Of a stretch of 64,000 bases of DNA, positions 1 through 13,749 are shown one piece after another (position 1 is the first letter of the stretch; each line of letters starts with the position of its first letter). The stretch is taken from the NCBI RefSeq assembly GCF_963921235.1, contig NC_086099.1, positions 24,490,001 through 24,554,000 on the forward strand. The letters run 5' to 3'. Position numbers and translations under genes: made by a program. The stretch is from Mobula hypostoma. Its lineage: Eukaryota. The notes beneath the pieces were generated by a model. That model saw nothing but the letters and a program-made list of their open reading frames with translations. It searched no databases and was not told the DNA's origin.

Positions 1-54
1 AGCTACCTCACTATTGGATACGATTTTGACTGTCTGATCTGGTTATTGGCCTCA

Positions 55-275
55 TTTCAAAGTTGAAAGTTGAAAGCTCGAAGTAAATTTATTACCAAAG
101 TACATAATAAATTCATCAGTGACCCAACTAGACCCAACAAAGTGGACAAACAACCAATGTGCTAAAGAAAACAAACTATGCAAAATACTAAAATAATAAT
201 AATAAATAAGCAATAAATATCAAGAACATGAGTGAGTCCATAGCTATGGGAACAGATGAGTGATGGGACAAGTGA
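55..275 (-). mobile_element. 3' tail fragment of Rex1/Babar-type LINE
   Basis: Reverse complement reads TGTACTTTGGTAATAAATTTACTTCGAGCTTTCAACTTTCAAC, matching the tails of the copies ending near 15790, 25535 and 58185. Confidence 0.55.
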
Positions 276-319
276 TCTTCATTTTCATTTTCCTGGCTTA
301 TTCTCATTTTTTTTTACTC

Positions 320-700
320 TGCTACGTTCCAAATACCTACAGTATCTCTCGCACTCTTAAGCACATTTAATAATGGAGCCTCCACGGCTGTCTGGAGTAG
401 AAAATGCCAGGGCTTTTTTACCTTGAGAAAAGAAATACATCTTCGTTTCAGCTTCCAGAATATACCGTCAGCTTTAGACTTTTCCCATTGGAGGAAACAT
501 CCACACAACCTCTATTCTGTCAAGACACATCAGAATGTTTTAACCTTCAATGAGATCATATTGGATTCTTTCCAAATTCCTGACTGTATATCCTCAATCT
601 ATTCAATCTTCCCTCTTAGAATTCCTTCACCCCAGAAGTCCTCAACCTTGTAAATCTTCATTGCACAATCTCTAAGGAACGTCTATCCGTCTTTCCTGAA
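320..700 (-). mobile_element. Ancient CR1 LINE 3' fragment
   Basis: Minus strand keeps degraded CR1 C-terminal motifs (FS/LKV..W..L...VEAPLLNVLK) like the younger CR1 copies in this window. Confidence 0.45.
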
Positions 701-1604
701 AACCGCATATAAGCCAATAACTACTTATTGTGTTAACAATTTTGTAATCATCCCTTCGAATTTTCATTTGCATAAAAGCAAGACCACAAGATCTGTAGGC
801 TAAATACAAGTCCTTTAATTGAGAAAATGAGAAATAATAAATTAAGTAAAAAATATTTGTGCAATGATATTAATGTCAGAAATTATCCCATGAAATTATA
901 AAAATCCCCAAGATCATCGAGGAGTCTATTAAGCCTTTTTCAATCATAAATCTGCTTTCTAAAATCTTCAAATAATCAGACTTGCCAAAAAAACTAGTAT
1001 TGCTAATAATCAATTCCTTTTAAATGTTCACAAAAATATAAGGTTTATTGTGTTTATTTCCTTTATGTCTCTCTTATTCCCAGCCTGCAGAATTTTTATG
1101 AGTAATTAAACATACAAGATAATGGAATTTAACCATGTCAGCAGGTCTCATTTTCAATCTACAGGTAGTTTTAGCACCTTGAGAAAGGAATTTCAACAAC
1201 AATTTCATCATCTTTTGTTTCCCCTGCAGATCCACATTCTTGCTCCTGGAATCTGACCACATTTCCTTTTGGGGCTTTGAGAGGTGGATCACTGTTTGAA
1301 CTCAAGGCCCAAGCAGAGGAAGAGAGATTTCCTTGCCATTCCATGCCTAGTGCTCTGGAAACAGTGCCTGAAGAAGTTCAATAGGAAGAGCTTTTGCTTA
1401 ATAGCTCCAGTGATCAGCGATTGTTGTTTGATTCCCGCTGTTGTCTGTAAGGAGTTTATACATTTTTCCTGGATTCTTCGGTTTCCTTTCACATTCCATG
1501 GACAAATAGTTCAGGATAGTGGGTTGTGGCCTCCAAGACAACCACAACCTTGTGGTAAGGTTTGGAGGCTAAATCCTTTCAATGACCTGGAAAGCTATAT
1601 TGGC

Positions 1605-1950
1605 TAAAATCGGGGCTTTATGCTTTGGCTCTTGGTAGGGTCACCCAAGACAAACAGGTTAAAGGGTAGAGGCCAGACTAAGAGTGGTCTAGTGGTCCTC
1701 CAGGTTTTGGGGTTCAGCTCAGGGCTAACAACCCAAGCCCGACTTGTAAAACAAAACTGTTACGGAAAGAGCAATGAAGAATCATTCTACGTCTGAGTGC
1801 AACAGTCTTCCTGAGTCTCCACCCGGGACTTGCACGACTGACAGTAGTGAAAACCAAGCCACTGGCACGATGAAGGAAGCCCTGAACACCACCAGAGATG
1901 GAGGACTTTCATTGCCACCCTAAACCCCAGCATCATAAAGGGCAGTAGAG
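1605..1950 (+). mobile_element. RTE-derived bipartite non-autonomous element
   Basis: RTE 5'UTR-like block (GGTCCTCCAGGTT...GGGCTAACAACCC) joined to an RTE 3'-end-like block (TGGAGGACTTTCATTGCCACCCTA). A related copy lies at 16140-16445. Confidence 0.55.
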
Positions 1951-3339
1951 AGAGAGAGTAAGTTGTGGGATGCTATTTTTGCACCTGAAACACGGCGACA
2001 CTTGCGGATTGCCCCCTGCACAATCCTTGCTGATTTGATTTGACACAAATGATGCATTTCACGAAGTATCAAGGTTTTGATATTTTAGGCTACTCTAGAT
2101 CCAAAAGTAAAACACCATTGCCTAGAAACTGGATTTTTGGCATATTTAATGGGTGCTGAACTTCACTCTGACAACAAATAAATGAATGACGTGAGATTTC
2201 AGCTGTATGCACAGCTCCGTTATGGAAAAGTTGCAAATAGGAAGAGGGAGCAGAGTGCAACAATCAGCCAGGATGGGAATGGGTGGGAAATATACTGAGA
2301 GACTGGGATAGACTGACATTGGTTTGTATTTTGGTCCCATGAACCTGTTCTGTGCCAGAGATGGTGGAATGTGTGGTGACACTTGTGGGCTGTCCCCAGC
2401 ACATCCTTAGGTTGTGTTGGTTGTTAACACAGTTTACACATTTCACTGTATGTTTCAATGTATTTGTGATAAGTAAATGAATTTGAATCTATTATATGAC
2501 AATAAAGCTTAATTGAAACAATGACTGCTATGACAAATGTATTAACAATGCCCCAGCAATATTGCTTGAAATCACAAAGATTTTAGCAAGGTCAGAGAGC
2601 CGTGGTATCAGGAAAAGTAGAGGAGGCTTGACTCAAAGGTAGAGCAATGGAAATGATTTGGCAGTGAACAATCTTATTTAAGTATTTCTTAAATTATAGT
2701 GAGATTACTTGCCTCCACCTCTCTAGGCAATACCTTCCTGATTTTCACCCACTGAATGAAAGCATTCTTTCTCAAACTCCCATCAACTCTCCTACATTTT
2801 CTTTTGAACTCTGCAAAGGGGACATTTTTCTTAACATTTAGCTTGTCAACGGCCCTCATAATTAATTTTGTTTCTGAAGTAAAACAAACTCAGCCCATAA
2901 TTTTAAATATTCCATCCCATCATGGTCCAGTGCAATTACTTTATTCTTATCATGTTCTCCAGATGTGGCCCAACCTATAATTTAACAGTTATTCCATAAG
3001 CTCTCCATTCTTATGTTCTAGTTTATGAAGACAAGTAACCCAAATACATTATTAAACACTTTATGTATCCATAGTGCTGCCTGAATGGATCCTTAAGCAG
3101 GGTACCAAGGTTGCTATATTCCTCAGTACTTCCTCAGCATTGTACACATCCTATCCTTATTAGTACTCCCAAAAGACATTATCTCACACTTTCAGTATTA
3201 AATCCTATCTGCTATTGCTTTATCCACCTTATCAAATTGTTTATAATGTCTTATAGCTGAAGATCACTACCCTCATTACCCTCTTGACTAACAACAATAC
3301 TTCCAGAAGCTTCCCGCTGAACTAAGTATGTACTAACAA

Positions 3340-3855
3340 CACGGGATATAGCACAAAGTTGTAAAACTAATCAGCCCCATCATGGGTGCAGGCCTCTGTA
3401 GTATCCAAAGTATCTTCAGGAGCAGTGTCTCAGAAAGGTGGTGTCCATCATTAAGGACCCCCACCAGCCAGAACATGCCCTATTCTCACTGTTACCATCA
3501 GGTAGAAGGTACAGAAGCCTGAAGGCACACACAGCGATTCAGCAACAGCTTCTTCCCCTCTGCCATCTGATTCATGGGACATTGAACCTATGAACACTAC
3601 CTCACTTTTTTTTTATTATTTCTGTTTTTGCACTATTTTNNNNNNNNNNNNNNNNNNNNNNNNNNNNNNNNNNNNNNNNNNNNNNNNNNNNNNNNNNNNN
3701 NNNNNNNNNNNNNNNNNNNNNNNNNNNNNNNNNNNNNNNNNNNNNNNNNNNNNNNNNNNNNNNNNNNNNNNNNNNNNNNNNCATCATACCATTGCCGCTA
3801 AGTTAACAAATTTCATGACATATGCTGATGATATTAAACCTGATTTTGATTCTGA
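3340..3855 (+). mobile_element. Rex1/Babar LINE 3' end spanning the gap
   Basis: Encodes IIKDPHQPEHALFSLLPSGRRYRSLKAH; tail GATATTAAACCTGATTTTGATTCTGAT. Confidence 0.75.
3640..3781. other. Assembly gap (142 N)
   Basis: Run of n characters. Confidence 0.99.
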
Positions 3856-5545
3856 TAGTTTTTTTTCTTTATCCAACAAATAAAATCCACTGCCCATATC
3901 AATAAAATAACTACACATGCAAAATACAACAGGAAAGTGCATTACCAATAGAGAAAGTTTCGCTAGCATGTGCCCAAACTAATTTACTAATGGATGGTTT
4001 AACCCCAAGAAATGTATTCAAATACTGGGATACCCACCTAAAATTACATACAATACACTATGAGCAGCTAGAATGATGTATACAAACAGATATACTCTAA
4101 TTGAGTTTCAATGTATGTGCCTCAGTTCCCTTCAAAATGACTCCTTTCTGTCAGCACTTACCTTGGACCAGGAATCATGTGGTTCCTGTAATGATCTCCT
4201 GGTGCCTGATGTGAAGAGCAGGCATTTCCTACTGACCACTGGTTCAGTTTGATTGGGAGATTAGAGTCAGTGGTAGTGTTGACTAAAAGGCCTATTCCCA
4301 GCTCTGCTACATTACTGTAACCCTAAAGCTTCAGGGCTGAAAGCCATTAACCTTTCTAAAGTTAATATTTTTCCCACTAAGGCAGTTTCAGCAATAGAAA
4401 AGAGTCAGTTTGGCTTAGCAAACTCAGCATCTTTTTTAATGCAGACATTGTTCACACTATTTCACAGGGCCCCAAATTTTTCATGTCTTGGAGACATGTT
4501 TCCCAACTTTTAGCGAAATGTTAGCAGGAGAATAGTGTTGCGTGTAATATGAACAGTCCCAAATGACATTTGGAGCAAGATGCTTTTCGAATGTGCCAAA
4601 AATAAACGGCTAGTGAATTGTAAAAATATAGATAAATAGCAGATTTGTGCTTATTAATTCAACAATTCCAGTTAACAGGGGATCAAGAGAAGGCAATTCG
4701 GTTCAATCATTCAGTTTAATCACAACTGGTTTAACTTATCAATCCAAACGTCAATCCAACCCATTCTGAAGTTCTCTTCATATTCAAATTTGGCTTAGTT
4801 TATCAAATATACATGGAAACATATAGTGAAATGTGTCATTTCCATTAGCAACCAACACACAGAGGATGTGCTGTGGACTTTGGGGCCTGTAAGTGTTGCC
4901 ACACATTTCCTGTGCCAACATAGTATGTGCACAATGCTCAGCAGATGATTACACGACACAACAATCAAAAACTCCATTCCTTCCTCCCTCCCAGCAACAC
5001 ACACAGACAGTCCCCCTTCCACGGACGGGCATCCGGGCCTCCAGTCTCCAGGTTTCAGCCAATGGGATTCAAATTTCAGACTTCCAGTCCATCTTATTTA
5101 TCTTCAAGTATTGCTATTGAATGGTATAGCTCTAACTTTGATATCATTTGTTTTAGATTCCTCTCCACCAATCCCAACCGTGCTCCACACACGTACTCCA
5201 GTCGCATCTTGCCCACAGCCAACCCCATCTCCATGACAACCCCATCAAAGGGAATGTTTTTTTTCTTTTAATGTTTTGCGTAAAATGATAGCATCATCCA
5301 GCTCAGACCTGATGTAAGCAAGCTAAGGAAATGCAAAATTACAAAAATCATCACCACAAGGATGACAGAACTGAAGAATCAGAAACAGCAATGCACTTTT
5401 GAGCTTCGTACCTGGTCCAGCCTTTATAGGATCATCGTCTACTTTCCCTGCACTAACTCTATATCCATTCATTCTTTCAATATCCAAAAACCTATTGATC
5501 TCTGTCTTCAATATACTGAGCAACTAAGTCTTCATACATACAATA

Positions 5546-5772
5546 GATTCTGCAGATGCTGAAAATCCAGAGTAATACACAAAATGCTGGAGGAACTCAA
5601 CAGGTCAGGCAGTATCTATGGGGAGGAACAAACAGTCAAAGTTTCAGGTCGAGATCCTTCATCAGGACTAAAGAGCCTTCATCAGGAAGGGGCTTGGCCT
5701 GAAAGATTGACTATTTATTCCTCTCCATCGATGCTGCCTGGCTAGTTGAGTTCCTCCAGCATTTTATATGTG
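5546..5772. repeat. Fold-back pair of PLE terminal repeats with a hammerhead motif on the minus strand (5633-5669)
   Basis: AAAATGCTGGAGGAACTCAAC...GGCAGTATCTATGG is inverted against CCATCGATGCTGCC...GTTGAGTTCCTCCAGCATTTT. Minus strand reads AGTC-CTGATGA-AGGATCTCGACCT-GAAA-CTTT-GACT. Confidence 0.8.
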
Positions 5773-6419
5773 TAAGTCTTTATACAACACTGGGATAGAA
5801 AGCTCCATAGAGACACTCTGGACAAATTTTTTTTTTTAAACTCCTTTTGGTTGCAGCTTTGAATTGCCAACTCCTTATTTTTAGATGGTCATCTCTAGTT
5901 CTGAGCAATTGAGCCAGGGGAAATATTGTCCTTGCATCTATTTGGCGAAGGTCAATAAGAATTCTGTATCACTTTTATGTTTCAATGATAATGGATACTA
6001 ATCAGAATTCTTTTATCACAGTTCTGTGTTCACCCCATGAACCTCTTCTTAGATTATATGTACTCTTAATTACATTTTCTCCTCGTTAAAGGAATATTTA
6101 TGGCAGATAACTGCACTGACAGTTCAGAAGCCAGTAATATAAAGATGTTCAATGTTCTTGTTGCATTTGCTTCTCCTTTAGTGGAAATTTATTATCTTCA
6201 GAGGACATCTGGACAAGTTTATTGTATCCTTGAGGAAACCTGCATGGGGGTTCACTGCATGAAATAGTCCAGGGACAAAAGGCAAGGAGGCTGACCCAAT
6301 TACCAAAAGACTTTAAATTGCATTCTGTAAGCCATGACTGCTCCCATCTAACAATCTTAACCCACGTGCATTCAAGATTTTACAAATAAGAATATAATAG
6401 GTTCTGCAACTAATAAGAA

Positions 6420-7245
6420 CCTGGATGCACTGCATTTTGTCTACCACCACAACAAGTCTACAGTGGGTACAATCTCATCAGCTCTGCTCTCGGCCTTGGA
6501 TCACCTGAGCAACAGCAATACCTACGTCAGGCTGCTGTTTATTGATTACAGCTCAGTGTTCAGCATTATCATCCCGTAAGTACAAATCAATAAGCTTCAA
6601 ATCCTTTTCCCCTCTACATCCCTCTGCAACTGGATCCTTGACTTCCTCATTGGGGGACCACAGTCAGGCTGGGTCAGAAATTGCATCTGCTCCTCACTGA
6701 CAAACAACGCAAGGGTCCATGCTTAGCCAATGCTCTACTCTCCACCTTCATGACTGTGTGGCCAGGCACAGCTCAAACACCACCTATAAATTCGGCAATG
6801 ACATAACTGCCGAGGGCAGACTCTCAGGTGGTGTCGAGGAGGTGTACAGGGGTGAAATAGATTGGCTGGTTGACTGGTGCCTCAACAATAACTTTGCACT
6901 CAATGTCAGTAAGATCAAGGAATTGACTGTAAACTTCAAGAAGGGAAAATCAAGAGAATACATACCAGTCCTCACTGAGGGATCAACAGTGGAAAGGGTA
7001 AGTAACTTTGAGCTCCTGGGTGTCAACTTCCCTAAGAGCTATCCTGGATACACGCCTTCTTCTCATTACCGCCATCGTGTAAGAAGGACAGGAGTCTGGA
7101 GACAGATCCTCAACATTTTATAAACAGCTTCTTCCCCTCCACCACTATATTCCTAAAAGACCCATGAACTCATGAAGACTACCTCATGATTTGGTTTTTT
7201 GCACCACATAGTTATATTCTATATTTGTGCTAGTTTTTTTGTCTA
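6420..7245 (+). mobile_element. Rex1/Babar LINE RT fragment, internally deleted
   Basis: Motifs YVRLLFIDYSSVF, HDCVARHSSNTTYKFGND (degenerate KFADD) and WCLNNNFALNVSKIKEL. Confidence 0.8.
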
Positions 7246-7951
7246 TTGAATTGAATTGACTGTGTTACTTACATCCTTCATATACATGAAGAGTAAAAAT
7301 CTTTACGTTATGTCTCCGTTCAAATGTGCAATTATAGTAATTTATAATAAGTGTTATGTACAATATTATGTATCAATTTATAATAAATGTTATGTATCAA
7401 TATAACATAAAAATACAGTTGTGTTGGCATGAATTAAGCAGTCTGATGGCCTGATGGAAGAAGCTGTCCCAGAGCCTGCTGGTCCTGGCTTTTATGCTGC
7501 GGTACTGTTTCCTAGATGGTAGCAGCTGGAACAGTTTGTGGTTGGGATGACTTGGGTCTCCAGCGATCCTTCGGGCCCTTTTAACAGACCTGTCTTTGTA
7601 AATGTCCTGAATAGTGGGAAGTTAACATCTACAGATGCGCAGGGCTGTCCACACAACTCTCTGCAGAATCCTGCGATTGAGGGAGGTACAGTTCCCATAG
7701 CAGGCAGTGATGCAACCAGTCAGGATGCTCTCAATTGTGCCCCTGTAGAAAGTTCTTAGAATCTGGGGGACCAAACTTCTTCAACTGTCTGAGATGAAAG
7801 GGGTACTGTTGTGCCTTTTTCACTACACAGCCGATATGTACAGACCACATGTGATCCTTGGTGACGTTCATGCCAAGGAACTCGAAGCTGTTCACCCTCT
7901 CAATTGCCGATCCATTGATGTCTACAGGGGTTAGCCTGTCTCCATGCCTCC
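7246..7951 (-). mobile_element. Rex1/Babar LINE 3' portion
   Basis: VNSFEFLGMNVTKD...VVKKAQQ with a (CAATT)n tail; same subfamily as 44950-45865. Confidence 0.8.
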
Positions 7952-8869
7952 TGTTGCCATAAAACAACCTATTTCATTGCATATCTATGTCAGTAATAAT
8001 AAACTTGATTCTGATCCTGAATATTCTCCATTCTTGGACCTGAATTTTTGGGTGCCCATTTATCTTTGTTGTCCTAAATCTGCACCAGCAATAATTCATC
8101 AGACAAGGGAAATTACATAAGTATATCAAATGGAAAATAGTGGAAATAAAGGGCAAGATGAATGTCACAACAGTACAAAGGGAAACACTAAACTTTCGAA
8201 GTTCATCATTTTCTTTAGAGTTATGTATTGTTAGGGGTTCACCTTCATGCTTATCGAATGTTTCACCACCACTGTAGCCTTGGACATACGGGAAATGGCT
8301 GCAGGAGATTTGATTCTCCTATGGGAATACAAACATGAAAATGCAATGCCGTGGGAACAACTGTGGCAATATGAAAGTTCGGTGATTGCACGGTCTGGGA
8401 CTCGTGAAGAGTGATAACCACTGATGGTTCTGGTTTGGTAGTTTGAGCTGGTGGTATTGTATTGATCCACTTTCTGCAGCTTCAGTGGAAGGTTTCATAA
8501 GAGTATTGAAGGTAGTTCTTTGGGGCCTCACTGATGGCCTCGTCAGAAATGGGGCCATGGATCAACAGAACGGGAGGTGTGCTGCAGTGAGATGGGCTCA
8601 CACATACCTAGATATGAAATTTAATGCTTGCTCTGTTCTGTCCTGATAAATGAAGTTTTGTAGTTCTAAGTAGATAATCGGAGTTTGTGTCTTTCTACCC
8701 ATTCAAGCCAATTCCAAGAATGTTTTGCTGTAATGAAACAGGTTGGAAAAAATTTATTGATCAGATATAAAGAAAGTGGGAAGAGAAGGAAAGTAGAAAA
8801 TCTAATGTCCATGACAAGACAAAAGTTAGGGGAGATTAAGTGAAATTAGATACATCTTAACTTTGAAGT

Positions 8870-9460
8870 CTTTCCCTACTACTATTCAAGACCTTAAACA
8901 TTCTCTCCAGATGAAACTGAGAGACCTCTTCATTGAGCACCTCCACACCATTCGTCTAAAGCGGGACTTCCCAATGGCCAAACATGTTATCTCCAATTCC
9001 CATTACCGTTCTGACATTGTCAATCTATAGCCTCCTCTTGTGCCAAGATGAGGCCACCATCAGGGTAGAGGAGCAAAAACTTGTATTCTATCTGGGTAAC
9101 CTCCAAACTGATGGCAGGAATATTGATTTCTCCTTCCAATAAACAAATATCCCCCCCATTCCACTCTCTAACTTTTACCTCCTCTCACCCTGGGTTCCAT
9201 TCTGCTTCCCGTTCTCCTATGGTCCACTATCTTCTCCTATCAGGTTCCTTCTACTGTACCCCTTTGCCCTTCCCACTCATCTGGCTTTACCTATCACCTT
9301 CCAAATAGCCTCTTTCCCCTCCCCCTCACCACCTTTTTACTCTGGCGTCTTCCTGCTCCTTTGCAGTCTTGAAAAGTTTTGGGTCAAACATCAACTGTTC
9401 CTCCAGCACTTTGTATGTGTTGCTTTGGATTTCTAGCACCTGCAGAATTTCTCATCTTAA
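8870..9460 (+). mobile_element. PLE 3' fragment (end of GIY-YIG domain + terminal repeat)
   Basis: RDLFIEHLH...EATIRVEEQ, homologous to 33560-33770, followed by a pyrimidine-rich UTR and a CCTCCAGCACTTTGT terminus. Confidence 0.7.
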
Positions 9461-10254
9461 TAATTTGATGTATTTCCTTTCATTTACAATGTTAATTGCT
9501 TATAATAGGGTTTCCTCTAAATAGGCCAAAGTCAAGTGCTGGCGTGAGTTTGTGAAGGATGCAGGGGGATATATAGACTGTCTAACTGTATAGCCTTGGA
9601 TTGACTGCAGCATGGAAAAGTCCACAGCCAGAAACCAACTAGAAAAGCAGAGTTTCTTTACAAAATGGTGAGGAGATGAAAGATCACAAAGGAAATAATT
9701 GCATTTTCTATAAGTTTAAAATAAAACAGAAAATACTGGAAATACTCAGTTGGCCAGGAAGCATAGACAGAGAGAGAAGAACAAAGTGAGTAGTTCAAAG
9801 CCGATGACTTTTCATCAGAATTAGAAAAGTAGGGAATCAAGCATGCTTTAAATTGTGGAGAAAGAAGTGGAGTGGAGAGAATGAAGGGAATCCTTGTGTG
9901 AAGTGTGCAGACCACAGGAAAGGGAATGGCAGAAATGACAAGGAAGCTAGCTGAGGAAGATCAGTTAATTGAAGTTGATCTGTCTGGTGGAGATGTAACC
10001 CAAAGGAGATAAACAGGGGTAGAGGGAAAAAATAAAGTGCTTTGAAACCTTGAGATGAAGAAAGATTGCAAATGCTAGAGGTCTGAAATGAAAGATTGCA
10101 GGAAATTCTCAGCAGGGCAGACAGCACCTAAGGAATGAAAAAAAAAGCAGTTAACAACATAGATCGATGACCTTGTTATCAGAACAGGCCTGCTCTGACA
10201 CAAACCTTTGAGAGGCTGGTCATTATCCTTATCCCTCTACAACCACCCCTGGCA

Positions 10255-10600
10255 CCACGTAACATGGACCGACCACTCTCTGTGTAAAAGGACTACCTAT
10301 GACATCTACTTATACTTTCCTTCAAATATCATAAAGTTATGTGCCCTTGTATTAGCCATTTCAGCCCTGGGATAAAGTCACTGGCTATCCACTCAATCTA
10401 TGCCCTTTATCATCTTGTACACTTCTATCAAGTCATCTCTCATCCTCCTTCTCTCCAAAGCAAGAAGCCCTAGCTTGCTCAATCTGTCCTCATAAGGTAT
10501 GCTTTCTAATCCAGGCATCATCCTGTTAAATGTTCTCTACACGCTCTTTAAACCTTCCACATCCTTCCTATAATGAGGAGTCCAGAACTGAACACAATAA
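10255..10600 (-). mobile_element. CR1 LINE fragment
   Basis: Reverse complement encodes CVQFWTPHYRKDVEGLKSV...RMRDDLIEVYK. Confidence 0.75.
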
Positions 10601-11430
10601 GGTTGGAGGGGGATAGAGTGTTAAGGTGACAGGTAACTGGAAATTGAGGATCAAGATTGAATTGAAGCATCTTCTGAAGAGGTCAGCTAATTTACATCTG
10701 GTTTCTCTAATGTAGACAAGACAACTGTGAGCATTGAATATGGTACACTAAGTTGTCAGATGAGTAAGTGAATTGTTGATTCACCTGGAATAAATCTTTG
10801 TGTCTATGAATGAGGAAGTGTCAAAATAATGTGTGTTGCACCTTCTGCACTTACATTATGTGAGGGGAGTATGTGCCTGTGGAGGTGGAAGAGTGCCGAG
10901 TGGTTGCAGAGGGCAAGAGAGAAGGGAGGGAAGAGGAAATGTGCTGGGTAGTGGCATCATGTTGAAGATGGACGTAATAATCAGAATATTCACCTGGTCA
11001 GTTGAAGGGGAGGACATATGCAATCCTATTTTTGCTTTGGGTGAAAAGAGGAGTGAGAATAGAAGGTCAGATGAGTGCCCTGACAACAATGATGAAGGGT
11101 AAGCCACACTGAAAAGATATCTCAGAAGTATTTCTTTGGAAAGTATTGTCTCCTTATGATGAAAATGGAGAACGTAGGAAAATGGAACTTAGTGCATAGA
11201 GCAACAGGATGGGAAGAAAAGTAGTCGAGAGTTGTGTAAGTCTGCAGACTTGCCACTGCTTGATCACTGAAAACAAAAGTCCCTTGAAAAAGAAATGGAG
11301 AAGCTGGGATTGGGGAGAGAAATGTAAAAAATGAATAATGCAAAAGTGTGAAAAAATTAAAATTTATGTCAAAGCTGATGAAACATTTGAGTGCAGGAAC
11401 AGCACCACTATATTGATCAATGTTCAAAAC
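10600..11430 (-). mobile_element. Old PLE fragment
   Basis: Minus strand YIRETRCKLADLF (GIY-YIG region) with upstream RT-like remnants resembling the PLE at 32600-33600. Confidence 0.55.
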
Positions 11431-13749
11431 TAATCAGTAAACTTCAAGACCTGGGCATCACTACCTCCTTATGCAATTGGACCCTGGATTTCCTCACTTG
11501 CAGACCCCAGTGAGTTCAGATTAGATTTTCATACATGCTATTCTATTTCTTTATTTTTTCCTGTAAATGCTTGCAAGACAATGAATCTCACGGCAGTAGA
11601 TGGTAACAGAAATGTACTTAGATAATAAAGTGACTTCGAACTTAGAACATACTTTGGATCCCATGTGGCCTAACCTTCTGGATTGACCTATTATGTAGAA
11701 CTTTGTCAAAAGCTTTGATGAAGTCTGTATTAATTACATCTACAATCCTGCATTCATCATTTTTCTTAGTGATATGTATTGGTGTGTGTGGGTCTGTTGA
11801 AGAAAGAGTTATGATTATGGAAGTGAGTTTTGGACAGCACCATATTGAAAACATGCAGGGATACAGAAATCAATATGTCTATCCTAAGTAAAAAAGACAA
11901 ATGGAAGCCCCGCCAGAGGAATAGAATGTATTCAAGGTGGTCACCACTAATGGAGATGAGGTGTTGAATTAAACAGTAATCAAAAAACAAATTAGCTGAT
12001 GGTGCAGTTCTAGAAAACTATGAACAAAAAAGCTGAAAATACTCTATGTCAGGCAGCACCTATGGAGAGCGATGAAGAGTAATTCCTTGTAATTAACATC
12101 AGGCAACCGGAACTCAGATAGATTGAAAATACGTTAGGTTTCAGAAGGAAATAGATGTCTGGTCATATGAATCATTGAATGTTCATCAGCAAAGAATTTG
12201 GAAGGCAACACAAATACTGGTCTTCATTGCAAAACAATGGCAAAGATATCATATGGAAATTAGGTGGTGATTTGGTGAGAATGCAGATGGAATATTGTGG
12301 ACAGTTAGTCATGTTACAATTTTCCGGACAACACCAAGTTCAACAATTTCAAATAATGGTTCTAGGATTTGCACTTATTCCTTCCTAACACCCATAGTTT
12401 GCTCTTGTTTTCTTTGATCCATTACCATTACTTTTGCCTTTCGCTGTTCTCTCTGTTTAATCTCTCTGACATTCTACCCTGCTTCTCACTACCCGGATGC
12501 TATGCATTTATTGGTTTAGATATTTATTATTGAATTTAAATTTAATCAAATTACGTAATTTAACTTATTTAAAGATTTATTTCTTTTTTAGAACTACAGC
12601 ATGGAACAGGCCCCTCCAGACCAATGAGCCACACCGCCCAACAACCAACCTACTTAATGCAAGCCTAATCACAGGACTATTTACAATGACCGATTAACCT
12701 ATCAGTCAGTATTCCTCTAGGCTGTGGGAGGAAACCAGAGCACCAGGAGGAAAGAAAGTACTAACTCCTTAAAGGTGGTGCTGGAATTGAACTCTGAACT
12801 TCAGAATGCCCAAGCTGTAATAGCATCCCACTAATTACTACGTTACCATGGCACTCTACCAGAACTTCTATTTTTGCTTCAGTTCCAATATCTTGAGTGT
12901 TTTTCTTTTGTGATATTAGTTACATAGATAGTCCCAAAGTCATTGCCATCAGAATGTTCCACACTGATGATGAGGACCCTGGACTCCGCATTCTCTTTAT
13001 GTTACACAGACTTTGGTTTGTACTTGGCTAGAAGATCTCCCGGGCGTGCCAGGTGCAGTCGGCTTATTGTTTAGGGAATCAGATGGTCCAGCCAGTAACC
13101 TGAATTCATGAATCTAAATCACCCTGCCTATGATAAAAATAAACTGTGATGATAATCCATTGCTTTCTTTCAAAATGTGATAAATTGATTCCCACTGTAA
13201 CCTGGTATTATTGTTCCCACCCACGTTATCTAATATGCTTCCTTTGGTTGTCGATTTATTTATGAGAAAATCTGTTGCCGTCTTCTCTTCCCCAACACCA
13301 CTTCCATTCCTCAGCAACACATACAAAACCCTGGAGGAAATCAGTAGTTCAGGCACCCTCTATGGAGGGAAATAAACAGTCTATATTTCAGACCAAGACT
13401 ATTCATCAGCATTTTGTTTTCCGTTCCTCAGATATACATTTACTATCCACAAAGCCAAATCTTTATTTCCTCTAATTGCTTACAACTTGTTCTGGCAATG
13501 TATTCATTGTAGAAATGAGGTCACTACATTGATATTCCTATGTGTCTTTAAGCCATATTCAGTTAGTCAAGTATTTATTAATCTTTTGCAAAAAAAAAAG
13601 TAGAGACAAGCCTCCACTAACTAAACTCTTCAAATTGGTGGGCAAGAGATTCAGAGCAGAATTACTATTGAGTAGATGGTAAATAAGATTCGGTCAAATG
13701 TTCAGCCATATTCTCTGCTCTTTTCAGTCACATTGGTACATTTTTTTGG

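Noticed and set aside
3590-3883. ORFs across the N run
   Set aside because: Artefacts of translating the assembly gap.
4152-4340. Minus-strand exon ending at AAG|GTAAGT (~4161)
   Set aside because: The donor is good, but I found no convincing acceptor and no recognisable peptide.
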